A DNA stretch of 64,000 nucleotides, from contig NC_042997.1 in NCBI RefSeq assembly GCF_006345805.1, positions 197,284,001-197,348,000 on the forward strand. The letters are read 5' to 3'. Position 1 is the first letter of the stretch, and every line of letters starts with the position of its first letter. Positions 48,209-62,784 of this stretch are shown here, one piece after another. Made by a program: the position numbers and the translations under genes. The stretch is from Octopus sinensis (lineage: Eukaryota). The notes below the pieces were generated by a model. The model was not told the origin of the DNA. It ran no database searches and saw only the letters and a program-made list of their open reading frames with translations.

Positions 48209-48254
48209 TTTATCTATATCTATATATATATATATGAACACACATTTATCTATC

Positions 48255-48294
<40 letters not shown>

Positions 48295-48345
48295 TTTATC
48301 TATATATATATATATATATAATATATATATATATATGAGAGGGAG
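47990..48345. repeat. Compound (AT)n/(AC)n minisatellite with recurring CATTCC/CATTTATC linkers
   Basis: Read directly. Confidence 0.92.
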
Positions 48346-50840
48346 AGAGAGATTACAATACATATGTACATACATATCAAATTGAGAAATTCCATGTAAC
48401 ATCATTCCACAGCATTTTATATTAGGAGTGTCTTCTCTACTTGAAGACTCAGGAAGAAACTCAGCAAAATGTACATTACATTGAATGTCTTAAACTGATA
48501 TATACATAAATAAATAAACACACGTACACTTTTTTTTGTTTTACCATTTAAAGCTACTACATGCAGGTTAATGTTAATGTATGCAATCATAAGCATGTGT
48601 GTGTGTGTTTGTGTGTTAGTGTTATAATTTAAATAAACGACCGATCTACAAACATAAGAACCTACAAGACTGAAATAATTCCAAATCCAACATAAACCAT
48701 CCACCTATACTTGCTCAAAGCTGACAAAGTCTTTCAGCAATTTACAGTATGATTAGAAAGGACATTATTAAGTACAGAAAAATACACAAGATGTTCAAAA
48801 TTTGGTACTTTGGCTAACATACACTGTGTTTAGAGAGTTGGAGTAATCCTCAATTCAATAGCTAGGATGTAACATGACTGGACCTATTCGATGAAATACA
48901 GCATGCCATCGATATAATACAATTCAAACTACAAAACAAAATATTTAGAACTTAACTTGCAACATTGATAGAAATAAATTGTGCAAAGAAAACTCAACAA
49001 ATAGAAAAATGTTTACAGAATTCCTCAGAGCTACAAAATGTTCAAGATACACAAACCTCAGGAATACATCAATTCTACGACAGAAATAAATGATAGAGTA
49101 AAATAAAACAGAGAATTCTTATCACAAAACAGAAATGGATCAAGATTGAAACAATTAAAGGATAGACCAAGGTAGACAACTCTGTACAACCTAATCACAA
49201 TAGCAACTTTTCTCCTTTCCCTACACAAGAAAACTTAGTTCTCAAGCCAGGATAAAAATTAATGCAACAAATAGAATGAGAACGGGTAAATTTGTGAAAA
49301 TTTCCCTACAATCACTGTCTACTAAATATTACCATATTTAATATTGAAGATATTGATTCAGATATTGAAAACAATGGCACAACAGGAAATAATCTCCTAA
49401 TGTATTAAACCACCTACACAAGATTTAAAATGGAAGCTATTAATGAAATTAGTTCAAACCACATATTAAACTATCTAAACTTATTAAGAAGACAAATCAA
49501 AATATAAAAGGCGAAATATATATTTTACAAACATAGAGTCCAATAATAACTTGGGAAGAAATATACCCTGCAGTTTCAAATATTTCAATAGATTAATTCA
49601 ATTATATCATAACTTTATAAGGAAAACTAAATTTTATAAAAAAGAAAAATATGTGAAGACAAATTTAAAGGCTTTTTGATGCTAAATTAAAAGGTGCTTT
49701 TTAGTGTCAATATTAAATTAGCCCAATATCTAAGACACAAGGACTGTTTAACTACTCTAATGTGAATATCACATTTAACGATAATTTAAAAAGCGAAAAA
49801 GAATATACAAATAACAACATGGAAAATAGAAGTAACTTATGAAAACTAAATGCATTGAACTATGACAGGCTGAAACATTGAAATTACAAATTAAAATTAA
49901 AAAGGGAGAAAAAGAAAAGAATTTCCTAAGCAACACTTACTTTAGTACAGCCACTTGTTATACTGGCTCCAAGATCAGTTCGGTCCAAATCGCCAACAAA
50001 GTGTCAGGGAATTGACAGTGACTGTGTGTACACAAAGCCAATCTTTTGACCAATAGCACTAATTAGTTGCTAGCAGTCACAGCAAGTGTCATTTGGTTTT
50101 GCTTTCTCCTTTTTTTTTCTTTGCTTTCTTTTGATTTTTTGATATTTTTTTTTCTCTTTTAACATAAAAATAACTGTTGAATTCTAGAGTTTAAGCTTGT
50201 GGGTATATAGTATTCAATATGAAATATCATAGAAAAACCAACTCAAATTTAGTACAAGTATATATGAAAGATCACAGAACATGGAATTGCCTATATTTCA
50301 CTAATACTGACCAACTAAGTTGCAGAAATAATTTCAGCATAATTAGCCTTAATTAATAAATGGTAGTTAACGCCTTACAATCAAAACTACTGTTAGTAAA
50401 CGAATGACAGTAAAAATAACAAAAGTCTACCTTAGCAAATTGAAAAAAGATGTTTGTGTGTCCATGTATGTTACATAGAAAGACAAAAGATATCTGGTGT
50501 ACTCAATAAACATTTAAAATTCACAATTCTATGAACATCAAATTTTATTGCTAGAAACATCATAATCATTTTCAGCAACCATTTTTTTTCATTCACACAT
50601 TCTCAAAACTCCAAATTCATTTCCTTTTGTATCTCACTCTCTCTCTTTATTGTATCTCATCTCTCAGAAATGGGGGGATGGGGTTAATATTTAATCTTAC
50701 ATTACAAAGAAATATCTCCATGTGGCTTTCATCAGAGGTTCATTTGGTGTGTGGCAAGATATTTGAAACAAGTTTATTCATGTTTATTCATTTTCAACAG
50801 TTCACTCACCAAACTGAGCTGCGAGTAGCTCTTGTTTTAC

Positions 50841-51065
50841 CAGCGGTTCTCAACCGGAATCCATAAGATTTTGTTGTTAAAAGTTATGGGCAATAAATTG
50901 CTTATATTTCATCAATACACAAAATATTTTAATGTTTTTTTTATACAACTCCAAATATTTAATTACAAAAATTTATTTACATACACAGTGAATGGCTATG
51001 AATGTCCAGCAGAATAAAATAGGAATCAAAGCGGTCTGTAGCCAAAAAATTGATGAGTACCACTG
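50841..51065. mobile_element. Eroded hAT-like MITE
   Basis: CAGCGGTTCTCAACC ... TGATGAGTACCACTG ends; TSD not recognisable. Confidence 0.5.
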
Positions 51066-52467
51066 CATTGTACATTGAAAGTAGACTTAATAACATTTTA
51101 AATTCCAGCATGTGCTAGACCCCTTTTTTTTTTTTGCTTCATTAGTTTTGTTTTTTTTGTGTGGATGTTGATGGGTTGGCTATTTTCCCATTTTTGCACT
51201 GCCAGAATTTCAGTTTAATGTTTTCCGGATTTTAATTTACACATAAATAAAAATGTTTCTTCAAAAATACATTGCCACTGTTTTCTAATCAATCAAGTCA
51301 AACAGACATATTTCTGAAAGCAAACAACTTATTGAACACACCACATATCTATATAGGCATCTCTATAAACATACATATATGCACAAACAATAATAATATT
51401 CAATAAAAGTTTCCAAAAAATATAAATGGTCTGAGTCTTCTAATGATAATCAATAATCGAGTCTTACTCCAAGGGATCAAAGTTACAAATTTTGATTTAA
51501 GCAAATTCTGTTGATAAAGGAAAATCTGTCCGCAACACCAAGCTGTATTGCTACTACAAACAACTGCTCTTTTGTCAGTTGGAAAATATACAAATATTAA
51601 TAAAACCAAGAAGCTTAATCCCTGAATTCAACAGAAAATGAGCAGCAGAGCAGAAGAAATAAGATCAACTGCAAGCAGTATCCAGAAACAACCAAGTCAG
51701 TCCTGTTCAATTGAAACTTCTTTATTTTGTACTAGAAGGTACAAGTACTTATACAAGTTTTCCAAAGAGAATTCTTCTTGCAACGACATAGTATGTTAGT
51801 ATGTCAGTCATACAATATAAAACATGCTACAGTCTAGCAGGTTTTAGTTAAAAAAAAATTTTAAAAACTAACACATACATTTTCATTTTTTTTTTATGAA
51901 CATTTTAATGGAAACAAAAAAAAAATTTTTTTTTTTGAATGGTAGAAATAAAAAATAAAATGAAAAATATAAGCACCACTACAACTGATTTACTATGAAA
52001 TGAATAAAGAAAGGCAAGGATATACATCCATGTGTCCAGAAAGTGGCAGCTGCTTAACAATTACAAATTGTAGCTAAACAGATACCACCAAGAAATATTC
52101 AATGGAAAAGGGGGTTTTTATATTTTAAAGGTTAAAGAAATTTTGGATTTGCCACCATTTCTGACTCCCTTACATCAGTCTTTTTTTTTATTTATTTATC
52201 TCATTTACATACGTGTGTGTGTGTTTGTGATTGGTCCCAAAAACCTCACAACTGAAGAAGACTACAAATATTTACTGGTCATACAAGAATGTTATGCTAA
52301 GAAAATGTAATACATTTTTCTCATCATTCTTTTCAGTTAATCAGATATCTTTAAAATGCTCAAATATCAATTTAAGAGTGACAATTCTTTTGACTTAAAA
52401 ACGTATTTCATCAGGTGGAATACGCATTAAAAAGGAAACACAATGAAGAAACTACATATGATATATA

Positions 52468-53757
52468 TGAGGGGCGTTCAATAAGTAATGCCCCTGACCC
52501 ACTTCCCATAGCAGTAGAGCAACGAAACTTGGTACAGTTATTAGTCTTTTTCTACATAGGAACCACCTAGAGTTACGCATTTCTCCCATCGTTTGGATGC
52601 AGCTCTGGAGACCGTTTTTGTAGAAGACCCCAGTTTGGTCCTCCAACCACGACGTGACTTCAGAAATCAAGGCTGCATCATATAGGAAACGCTTTCCTTT
52701 CAAAAACAACTTCATGGCTGAGAAGAGGTGAAAATCAGAGGGTGCAAGGTCCGGAGAGTAGGGGTGGGGGAGGAGTTCATAGCCACACGCCTGTGCTTCT
52801 GATCTGGTGACACGCGAGTTGTGGACCGGAGCGTTGTCCTGCAGGAGGAGGATGCCTTTGCTGGTCTTGCCCTGCCTCTTGATTTTGATAGCTTCTCTTA
52901 ATTTCCTCAAAAGTGAAACATAATAGGCTCCTGTAATTGTGGTACCCTTTGCCAAGAAATCTGTCATCACTACTCCGTCCTGGTCCCAGAAAACTGAGCA
53001 TGACCTTGCCAGCGGAGGGCTGCACCCTTGCCTTCTTTGGAGGAGGTGAGTCATGGTGCTTCCACTGCATTGACTGGGCTTTGGTCTCTGGATCATAGTG
53101 ATGGACCCGGGTTTCATCCTGTGTAATCAGTCATCTGAGAAATTTTTGACTCATCTTCTTGGCACATCTCCAAATTCATCCTCGAGCACTCGACGCGTTC
53201 TTGCTTCTGGAAAGGTGTGAGCAACCTGGGAATCCATCTGGCAGACACCTTTTGCATATGCAAATGGTCATGAATGATAGTTTCCACAGACCCGGTACTA
53301 ATCTCGACCTCATGGGCTATTTGGCGAATAGTTATGCGTCGATCTTCCAAAATGGCAGCCTCAACTCGACGGACAGATGCCTCGTCAATGGCAGAAGGGG
53401 GGCGACCAGATCTAGGAGCTGTTTCCACAGAGTTCCGACCATGTTTAAATTCACGATGCCAGCGTTTTACAAGGTCATATGATGGAGCATCATCACCATA
53501 AGTTACTTTCATTTCATCAAAAGTCTCCCGTGGTGTGCGTCCTTTCAAATACAAAAACCGGATCACTGCTCGACACTCAACTGGCTCCAGTTCACACTTG
53601 ACTCTGTTCAAACACCTGTAAATCAGAAACCACAATTAGTTCAGAGCTGTAATTTGCCACTTAATCTATAGAGATATAAATAATTGCACATGCAAAATTT
53701 CAGCTAGATCAAACAACTGCAAGTGGTTCAGAAGCATTACTTATTGAACGTCCCTCG
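52468..53757 (-). mobile_element. Full-length mariner element, 1290 bp
   Basis: 37-bp TIRs (32/37 identical), TA flanks, complete transposase homology. Confidence 0.95.
52541..53605 (-). pseudogene. Mariner transposase with about three frameshifts
   Basis: HTH, WIPRLL, TQDETRVHHY, LLQDNAPVH, YSPDLAPSDFHLF, RWEKC...YVEKD*; split across the ORF track entries 53114-53635, 52777-53070 and 52452-53117. Confidence 0.92.
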
Positions 53758-53893
53758 TATATCCAATATACTGCCAGTAAAGCACCCAGTAAAGTTAATA
53801 CATAAATGCTAAGAATTGCAATGCAATTAATTCATTTATTGTATTATATGGGCGAAGGTAAAATGTTTTACCTCAAATTCATAATACAAAATA

Positions 53894-53949
53894 AGAAAAT
53901 GGAGGAATACACTTAAATCAATTTATTTAAGTGTATTCCTCCATTTTCT
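53894..53949. repeat. Perfect inverted repeat, 25-bp arms and 6-nt loop
   Basis: AGAAAATGGAGGAATACACTTAAAT-CAATTT-ATTTAAGTGTATTCCTCCATTTTCT. Confidence 0.9.
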
Positions 53950-54057
53950 GTTTTTTGTATATATATATATATATATGTATTATGTATGTGTATGAATATA
54001 TATATATATTGTTATATTTCGGAATGGTCATATTGCCAGTTTAGCCAATATTTAAAC

Positions 54058-54094
<37 letters not shown>

Positions 54095-56694
54095 CATACA
54101 AATAATGTAGTTTTTTTTTTAAATCTACTTTTACATACATACACTACTACAAGAATGGTATTTGAAAGTGAACTGTGAAATGGTGGCGTGTTGAAAAATA
54201 AAACCTCCACGTGTTAGTGAAATTTGGTAAAAAAAAAAAAAAAAACTAAACTACATTTGCCCTCATTTTAAAACTTTTTCATAATTCAGGAAAAAGGTTA
54301 CAAGATAACTAAGAAAAAAAACTTAGTACCTTTTCATATTATTAAATAAATAAATAAAAAGTTACTGAAGGCATAAAATTCACCTTCAATATTACATAGA
54401 ATGGAAGGTTTTGATCATGCAAGCTGAACACAGAACTTAACCTCAAACAACAAAGTGATTTTCATGTTATTCTTTTCTATACAAATGCAAAAAAGCTTAA
54501 GTTTATTAATGATGTAGCACTGAATAATAATGATAAATGAAAAAATATATGTGTTTTTTTTACCAGCTAATTGAATAACCCATCCCTGATTTGGCTGTGA
54601 TAGCATTTTGAAGTTTAGGAAAAAAAAAAAAACCCCAAAAAAAAGCACTGGCAAAGAACTATACAGTGTATGACAAAAGTAGTTAAAAATGATATGAAAA
54701 GACTGATGATCTAGTGAAAATGATTGAATTTGAACAATGGATGGTGAGGTGAGGGTAAATATCAACACCCATGTTAACAGAAAATTACAACAAATGAATG
54801 AGTGGATAATAATCTACCAAGATGCTTGTAATTGCTATTTAGGTTAGTGTGTTCTATCTAGAATAGATATCCAGTTTGTCAGGAGACATGCCTGACACTC
54901 ACATGAGAGAAAAAAAAAATTCCATATAAATGGTTGTTCATTATTTGGAACTTTTAAGTTGGGGGGATATGAAAAGTGTAAACACTATACAGAGAAACTT
55001 TAGGGGGATGTATAATAAAAAAAAAACTTTTAACTTAAAATCTCAAGTTCTCTTTTTTTTTCTTTGTTATTTTTTTTTCAAGAAACAATTTGACAGTTTT
55101 GTTCCCAAATCATTGTCTTATTTATATAAAGGTTTAAAAAAGAAACTAGTTATTTAAAATGCTTTAATATCATTGAAAATAAAATGCTACATAGAACTGA
55201 CATGTTTTGTGAAAAGGCTCATTTTAAAAAGAGGATCAAATCACACTAAGTGAATTAATAAAGAAATTTGTTATAAACTGATAGAAGTGTGTTCAACAGT
55301 AAATAACGCTGTTTTTTTTTTCTTCTTTAAATGCAGTTTTCATTATAAAATTACAACAGGTCATAAAAGAAGCATGCATACAATGTCAATGAGTAACAAT
55401 TGAACTCATCTTACATAACAAAAAAAAATATCAATACATTTGCTGGGGAAGAGGAGGAATTATAAATTATTTCATCTAATTATTAGTGAACGTTAGACAA
55501 AGCAAAGTTATTCTAATTTGGGACGATTACTTCTTTAATGAAATTAAAAAGATTTTCAGGAAAAAAAAAATTCTTTTCGTTTTGTATATAAAAAGACAAA
55601 AAGAACAACTAAAATATTGAAATTAAGATTCAACAAAATATAGCCAAAAATTTTCCATTGAAAATCATTTTAACATTAATATATGAAAGAAGAACAGAGA
55701 TTAACAAAATCAACTCGTTAGAGAGTGGTGTGTTATTTACTACAGGCAAATAATTACATTACAATCTTTTTTTTTATTTTTCAAGTGAACCAAATATAAT
55801 TAATTTGTTTGTTACTTAAAATGGTTTATTAACAGGAATAGAAGTGTTATGTTGCTTCCATTATATAAATATAAACAGTCATTATGTACACACACAGTGT
55901 ATGTATAAGCACAGCTAGACTAGAAAAGTAAAGTTCGACAAAGAAGAATTTGTTAAAAATAAAGAAAAAAATTACTTTGACACCAATTACCTCCATAAAA
56001 TACAAAGTAATACTTTTAATGCTATTATTACTAAAAGTGAATTTATTCTATGTACCACAAGTGATTGTAGATCAATAGTATTGAGTACAATTCAATACAA
56101 AGAGAGAAAAGGCACAAGATAAACCCCATTGAAATGGAAAAGGGATTTTTATTAACAAGTTAAAATTGAAAATCTTACATTATATATTTTGTTACTGCTC
56201 ACCATGTAAACATTAAAATTGAAACAGCAACCCAGTGAGTTATTTAACCATCAGATCAATTAATAGGAATAAACTATTTAATCCAGTTAATTTAAGACAA
56301 ATTAAGCACTAAAATGTTCATAAATTAAATTAGCTAAGATAATGACTAAAATATGTACTGTGTGTCTTAATGAGAAACAACTTCAAATTTTTTTTAATTA
56401 TAAAACTAGTAATTTTAATGGCATTTTAACAGCTGGTTAATTAATTTAGGAATGATACTATTTAAAAATCTCAATATTTGGCTTTCTTCCCCACCACCCA
56501 CCCAATTTGTTTATTCTTTTGAAAATTAAAATGATAAATATATAAACACAGCATCTAATTTGAAGTGACTGTATTTACATCTTAGACTTCCGTAAAATAT
56601 ACTTGGTTGTCAATAAGACAATCTCCCATGATTGTTTGTTACCCATACTTTCCAGCTTTCAAGACCAGTGTTCCCTATGTATGTGATGTGTGTG

Positions 56695-56850
56695 AATACA
56701 GGTATAGGTGGCCAAATGGTTAGTATCAACCTCAACATCATAAAGATGACAGTTCAATTACTGGACCAGGCGGCATTTTATGTCCTTGAGCAAGGCACTT
56801 CATTTCACACTGCTCCAGTTTAATCAGCTGAAAGTATCAGCCAAATACTG
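56695..56850 (+). mobile_element. Old CORE-type SINE remnant
   Basis: tRNA-like GGCCAAATGGTTAG...GTTCAATT plus GTCCTTGAGCAAGGCACTT...CTGCTCCAGT. Confidence 0.55.
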
Positions 56851-58184
56851 GTGCAACCCTCTCTCTCCCCGCCCAGTTGTCACATCCTCGATGTTCTGCT
56901 GGGTCAGGAGTGGGAGGGCCCAGAAGGTGTCTATGTCTGCTCACAACTACGTAGGCACCTAAAGCAATTAGCAAAAGCAAAGTACATACTACCAAGTCAC
57001 ACTCATTTATGAGTGACAGCTTTGCTGCTGGTTTAGATGTGTGGAAGTTTATACATGCGTGTGCTTATATGAGTACATTGATATGTGTATATTTATGTGT
57101 ATATGTGTATACACACATCCATGCACACATGCATGTGTTTATGAAGGAAGAAAATAGATCTCGATTCCTAAAGGGACAAAATTATTAAATTTTTATATGA
57201 TTGGCTGAATGTAACTGAATCAGTCACTACTATAATACACTGAAAAATCTGTTTTTGCATTATTATATTTGGTAATCGAATGCTTATAATTCAGGCATTC
57301 ATTTTAGGAAGGGAAAAAAAATTAGCATTTATAGAAGAAATGTTTTTCTTTCAAAAACAAATTCAAGTCACATCTCAAAGTTACTCTTTCTATTCCTTGA
57401 ATAGCAATATATAATTTTGAATTACAAGAAAATATGTTAACCCAACAAAGAACATTAGGCTGCAATGAATACTTAATCCAATACTGCTAATATATTAAAA
57501 AAAAAAATCAAGTGTTTAAAACCAACAGTAAATGCTGAATAACATACAATACTATCAGAATTAAAATGGCAGTTTACTCTTGAAAAATCTAAGATTCCAG
57601 GTAGTTTACTTAACAAATTTATAGTTAGCCTCCAAAGTGGTCTAACCATTCTTTGCAAATTTATAAATATCAATAATTTTGTACACACTAAATATTAACA
57701 GTTGAGCTCACGGGTTCATAGCTTTTAAAACACAAAACAAGCCTGACTCAGAAATTCACTTTCCAATCATGGAGTTTCATGTTCAGTGAGGCACAAGGCT
57801 GTAAAACTGGTAGAATGGAAACCCAAAGAAGCCTGTTCTTATATGTGTATACATGTCTGTGTACATTTGCATGTGTGATTTAATATATATTTTGTTTGTC
57901 TTCACGTGAGTTCAGTGGATGTAAACAATGGCCTTGCTAATGGTGTTTGCCAGAAATCCACCACAAAAGCAGATCTGGGCACGAGATATATGATGTTAGT
58001 AAACAAAAAGCTCATTCCAGTTCTCCATGTAAACATGCTCATGTTATTTGTTCATAGATTGGGAGATAATTAACTCGTTTGGCAGAAGATGGGGTTAGTA
58101 TCAGGAAGGGGCATCTACCCCTCCCCCGACATACTTTTTGTGAGGTCCATGCAAGTGTGGTGAAGTAGACGTTGAAACAATCGT

Positions 58185-58390
58185 CATCATTTAACATCCA
58201 TTGTCCATGCGGCATGGGGTGGATGGCTTGACCAGGCTGGCATGCTGCACCAGACTCCAGTCTAATTTGGCATGGTTTTCTACAGCTGGATGCCCTTCCT
58301 AAAGTCAACTACTCAGAGTGTAGTGGGTGCTTTTACATGCCACCGGCACGGGTGCCATTTGCATGATACCAGGGTGCTTTTATGTAATGC
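58185..58390 (-). mobile_element. Family C element
   Basis: Reverse-complement family C body; a second eroded copy lies at 58640-58800. Confidence 0.75.
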
Positions 58391-58814
58391 CGACACAAGC
58401 CAGTGATGATGAAAACAAGTTGTATCTAACCCCAACTAATGAAAGTAAGTTTACATGATAAAGCAACTTCCAGAATAAACTCAGCAATACTTTACATTCA
58501 ATTTTACTTTATGAATCTATGTCAATGAATCTATTCCTTTTAATTGCAAAACTTCAGTGGTTGAAATTCTTATGCAATTAACTGAACACACAAAGTAATG
58601 ATCAGTCATACAAAACTGTAGTTACATTTACACATGTATCATTATCTGCTTTCCATGTTAGCATAGGTCAGACAGTTTGACAGGATTCAAGTCAGAGGAC
58701 CATGTTGTGCTCCAATGCCTTAGTTTTGGCATGGTTTCTACAGCTGGATGCTCTTCCTAATAACACTTTACAAAGTACACTGGGGGCTTTTTACATGGAA
58801 CCAGCATTATTAGC

Positions 58815-58950
58815 AGGACTGACTTGACTTGAGACAGCATTCACCCGGGGTGGGTTGAGCTGGCTTCATACATCCTCAATGCTGCATCTCTCACAAACGC
58901 CGACCAGGCCTGGCGATTGCCTTGTAACTTGCAAGACTGAAGTGACCCCA
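58815..58950 (-). mobile_element. RTE LINE 3' end with (CAAGT)n tail
   Basis: QGNRQAWSAFVRDAA...STHPG*, then CAAGTCAAGTC. Confidence 0.55.
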
Positions 58951-59449
58951 CAACAAAGGCGAATAAGAGAGTGATGATTTGAGATGAAATAGGGATTATA
59001 TAAAACAAAAATAAAACATTACTCAAAAGTATGTTTTATTTTTTATCTTTTTTTCTTTTACGAGAAAAATCCCAGTTTAAAGCTGCACGAAACGAAATCT
59101 GTTTTATCGGTTAGAAAATTAACACAGACCAACTTCTTGTTCTTCAAATAATACATATGATCCATCTCCCAATCATTTCTGCTAATGAGAAGCAAAAATT
59201 ATTAATGTTTTCTGAAGGAATTATGTTGTTTTCATTAATTCGAGCATCCATTTCCTTGTACAGATCTTAACAAGTGACAAGACTTGTAGTTTGCACAAGA
59301 ATGGCACTTCAAATGTTACTGGTATCCAGTTGACAAATTCTGTGATCTGTGACTATACAATTTCTAACTGCTGCCAATTCATATAATTCCACAATGGCAT
59401 AAAACTGTTAAAATGTTCAGCTGTTTTCTTCTAAGAACTTTCTCATAAT

Positions 59450-60130
59450 TGACAGAACAAGAGATGGGTAATACTAAGTCATCAACATCATACTTTTTCA
59501 TCTTGTATCGTCGTCATCATATCATTCGTGACTGAAGTAACCAGTTCTTCATCTGCTAGAATATTGCGATACTCTGTATCATTATCTTAACCTACATACA
59601 CCTCAATCAGTTCTTGTCACCATCATGTGTAGGGAAAGGATACCACATCTACAGATTTAAAACCAGCTGTAGATGTGATGGATATCTACAGCTGTAAAAA
59701 CTAGCTTTCTGGGACAAAGACGAAAAAAAAAAACGTTCAGTTATCTTTTGATTAGATGAATCACACCCAATCATGTGATGTTTTTGGTGAGCTAGTTATG
59801 GCTGAATTATTGATGTGGTGTTTGATGGCAGCGACAGTTTAATTTCACATTTACAACATCTGAGTAGGTACATTGTAAGTATATGTATCAACAAGCAATA
59901 CAGCTTCTCTATTCTTCAGGGTCACCTCTTTCAAATTCTCAGTCATGTTTTATGTCTCCAGTAAATTTTGCTAGTTATATAAGATCACAAGATATAAATT
60001 AAACAGGATGTGAATTCTTCACTTTTTTTTTTCTTCTTTTGTCACTTCCTGCTCTGTTGCAAGCTTCCTCAACTAAACGCCCATCAAATCTCAGGCAATA
60101 CCAGTTAAGCCCAGTAATCAGCAGTATTTA
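59450..60130 (-). pseudogene. Highly degenerate pogo/Tigger transposase remnant
   Basis: TGLNWYCL, AVLLVD and LPSNTTSIIQP fragments, plus an acidic C-terminal stretch, in the expected order. Confidence 0.55.
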
Positions 60131-62784
60131 GGCTTCTGTCTTCTCATAATGAAGCTTCTTGAATCCAATGTAATATCTTTTTCATCAGAACCATCTGTTC
60201 GTAAGATTCAATGATCTAAATCTTTGACATTCTAGCAGAACTGGTGCTGATAATTACTCTGGACCTGACCTTAGTAACCTGTTAAGGATAATCACTGCAT
60301 TACACTAGAATCTTTTCCACATCATCTTTTCTTTTTACATGTTGCTGCTATTACTTTCTTCAAGGACAATCTGGATAATTGGGAATGCCTATGAGTTACT
60401 GCTATGTATAATCCAATCTTGAATGCCACTCACTGTGGATGTAGGCATAGCTGGGTTTACAAGTTTGTTTCACAATGAGAAGCTAAAACCACTGCGTCTT
60501 TGGTCAAGCCATGCTAATGAACCTGAATAAATATAATCAATGGAAGCCCATCACATGTACTGGACACATGATTTGAAAGGGTCAGCTTTGTTACTACGCC
60601 ACACTGATTCTGTCTAAGGTTTATGTTAAAGGTTGTCCGAAAAAAAAAATCAGCCATTAACACCTATAGCTTGACAAATAGACAGTTCAGTCAATGAAAC
60701 ACCTGGATTACTTATCGTTGAAACTGATGGAAGACTTTTACCTTTGTCTTTACTAATAAATGACTATGGTTTGTAAACCTATCCATAGACCTTATAAGGA
60801 CCAGAAGCCAACACATACTCCAAACTTATTCATGCTGTTAACCTTGAAACAACCTACCTGAAGTCAGACCTGGTTCTATCATACAAAACCTCTAATTTTA
60901 AAGTGTATTTAAATTAAAACATCCCAACCTATTCTTATGTAAGAATCTTTTCTGATGTTAAATTTCAAATACCAACCAAATCAATAATGACAAAGTTATT
61001 TTAGTAAATGCCATCAAATTCTTGATTACTTTCAGACAGTCTGTTTTATAAAAAATAAGGCTATGAAAGGATTGAGTGCATTACTCTAAACGACAAAAAC
61101 TGTTTACATTCAACTTACTTCCAGCAAGTCCAAGCTATTTTTTTCTTGATATGAATATATCAACCATTTGATTTATCCCTTATGAGGCTTTTCACATCCC
61201 TTTGCTGCTCTTCAATTACTAAATTTAGCCATGTTCATACGTCCCAACAATGACATGTGGCTTAAAAGATACGCAATAGGTTAAACCATAGGCTAATGTA
61301 ATTTATGACAAAAACAAAATGCCATCTCTTCACTGCCTGATTCAAAACCACCTTTCTATAATTCATTGAAATAGTCTAACTAGAATAAATCAGACATCAG
61401 TTGAATAAGACATAAACATGAAGTAGTATTGTGTATTAGTATTATTTTAACATGGAAGCTTCCAGAACAACTTCCTTCATATCAAATCAAATAGACATTC
61501 TATGTTATGCTACTCTTACCAAATGATTTTTTTTCATTCACAAATCGAAAAGAAAAATCTTATGTAATTAACTGAAATTTACTTTATTTGCATATGCAAT
61601 TAACCAGTCAATTTTTACATTGTGATTTCATAAGTTATGCAATTAAACACAATCAACTGTAATTGGATTATAAATCTAAAACATTTTGATCAGAGAGTTG
61701 TCACTGTTGTTTAATTCCAAGTCAGCCCTAACAGATCTATGATCAGAAATATTTGAGGAAAGACAGTCCCAATTTTTTTGTACACCTAGGACTCCATTCT
61801 CTATTGCGTTCTTTTTTTAAAGACAGCAAGATGTAATTTGAGAGAAACTAGTTGCTATTTCTAGCAGCTCAGACAACTAGCAAGTTTTAGCCTCGTCATT
61901 TTGTTTTCTTTTATAAAACGTTTTGCTTCGTTTGCTCAATTTAGTCACTACGTGTGGGTGTGTGCATAGAATGGGATCAAACTCCCAAAAGCATCCATGT
62001 AAAATTTCAACACCCGTTTAATATGCCACAGACAAACCGTCTTGACCATATGTTAATAGAGTAAAAATATTGAAGCTGATCACATGTAGTGATTAGCAAA
62101 CAAGCTAAATCATTTTTCAAAATCTGACAGCCCAGAAATATTTACACATGTTACTTGCATTGTAGAGTTAAAAGAACTGTTACTTTTGTCCACATCATTT
62201 ACTAGATGTATGTACAATATTAAACTATACACACAATTTCAGAGTTAGTAAAACATTTAATGATTTAACAAAAACTTAAATTATTAATGAGATTTTTTTT
62301 TTTGTGCTTTGAACTAAAGCAGGAAAAAAATTTCTTAGTCATATTTTTTTTTTATCAAACTTTGATTAAAACTACCTCAATTGTTGAAAAATAAATTGCA
62401 GCCCAATGAGTTAATATATTTTCTTTTTTTAAGAGCTCATGATTGTAAAAGCCAGTTTTCCTAACATCAGCTGTAATATTGCTATTACAATATATTATTA
62501 TTATAAATAATTACAATAAAAATTTCCTTAGAAAATAGAAATTTTAATTTATTTACATGCTTCAAAGTATATCTAAAACTCAATCTGTTATGATAATAAA
62601 CATTTCGCTTGAAAAAAAAAAAAAAAAAATGAACATATAAGGAAGAAAGAGGTATGAAAGAATAAATTTGATATGATATAAAATATCGTGAATGGTCATT
62701 TGTGAAGAGCAAAGGCCAGAAGGAATGTCAAATAAACTCAGTATCCAAGCAGACCTAATATCTACAAAGGAGAAGAATACTTAC

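Noticed and set aside
47932-48338. Overlapping YI/CV-rich ORFs
   Set aside because: They are dinucleotide microsatellite translations
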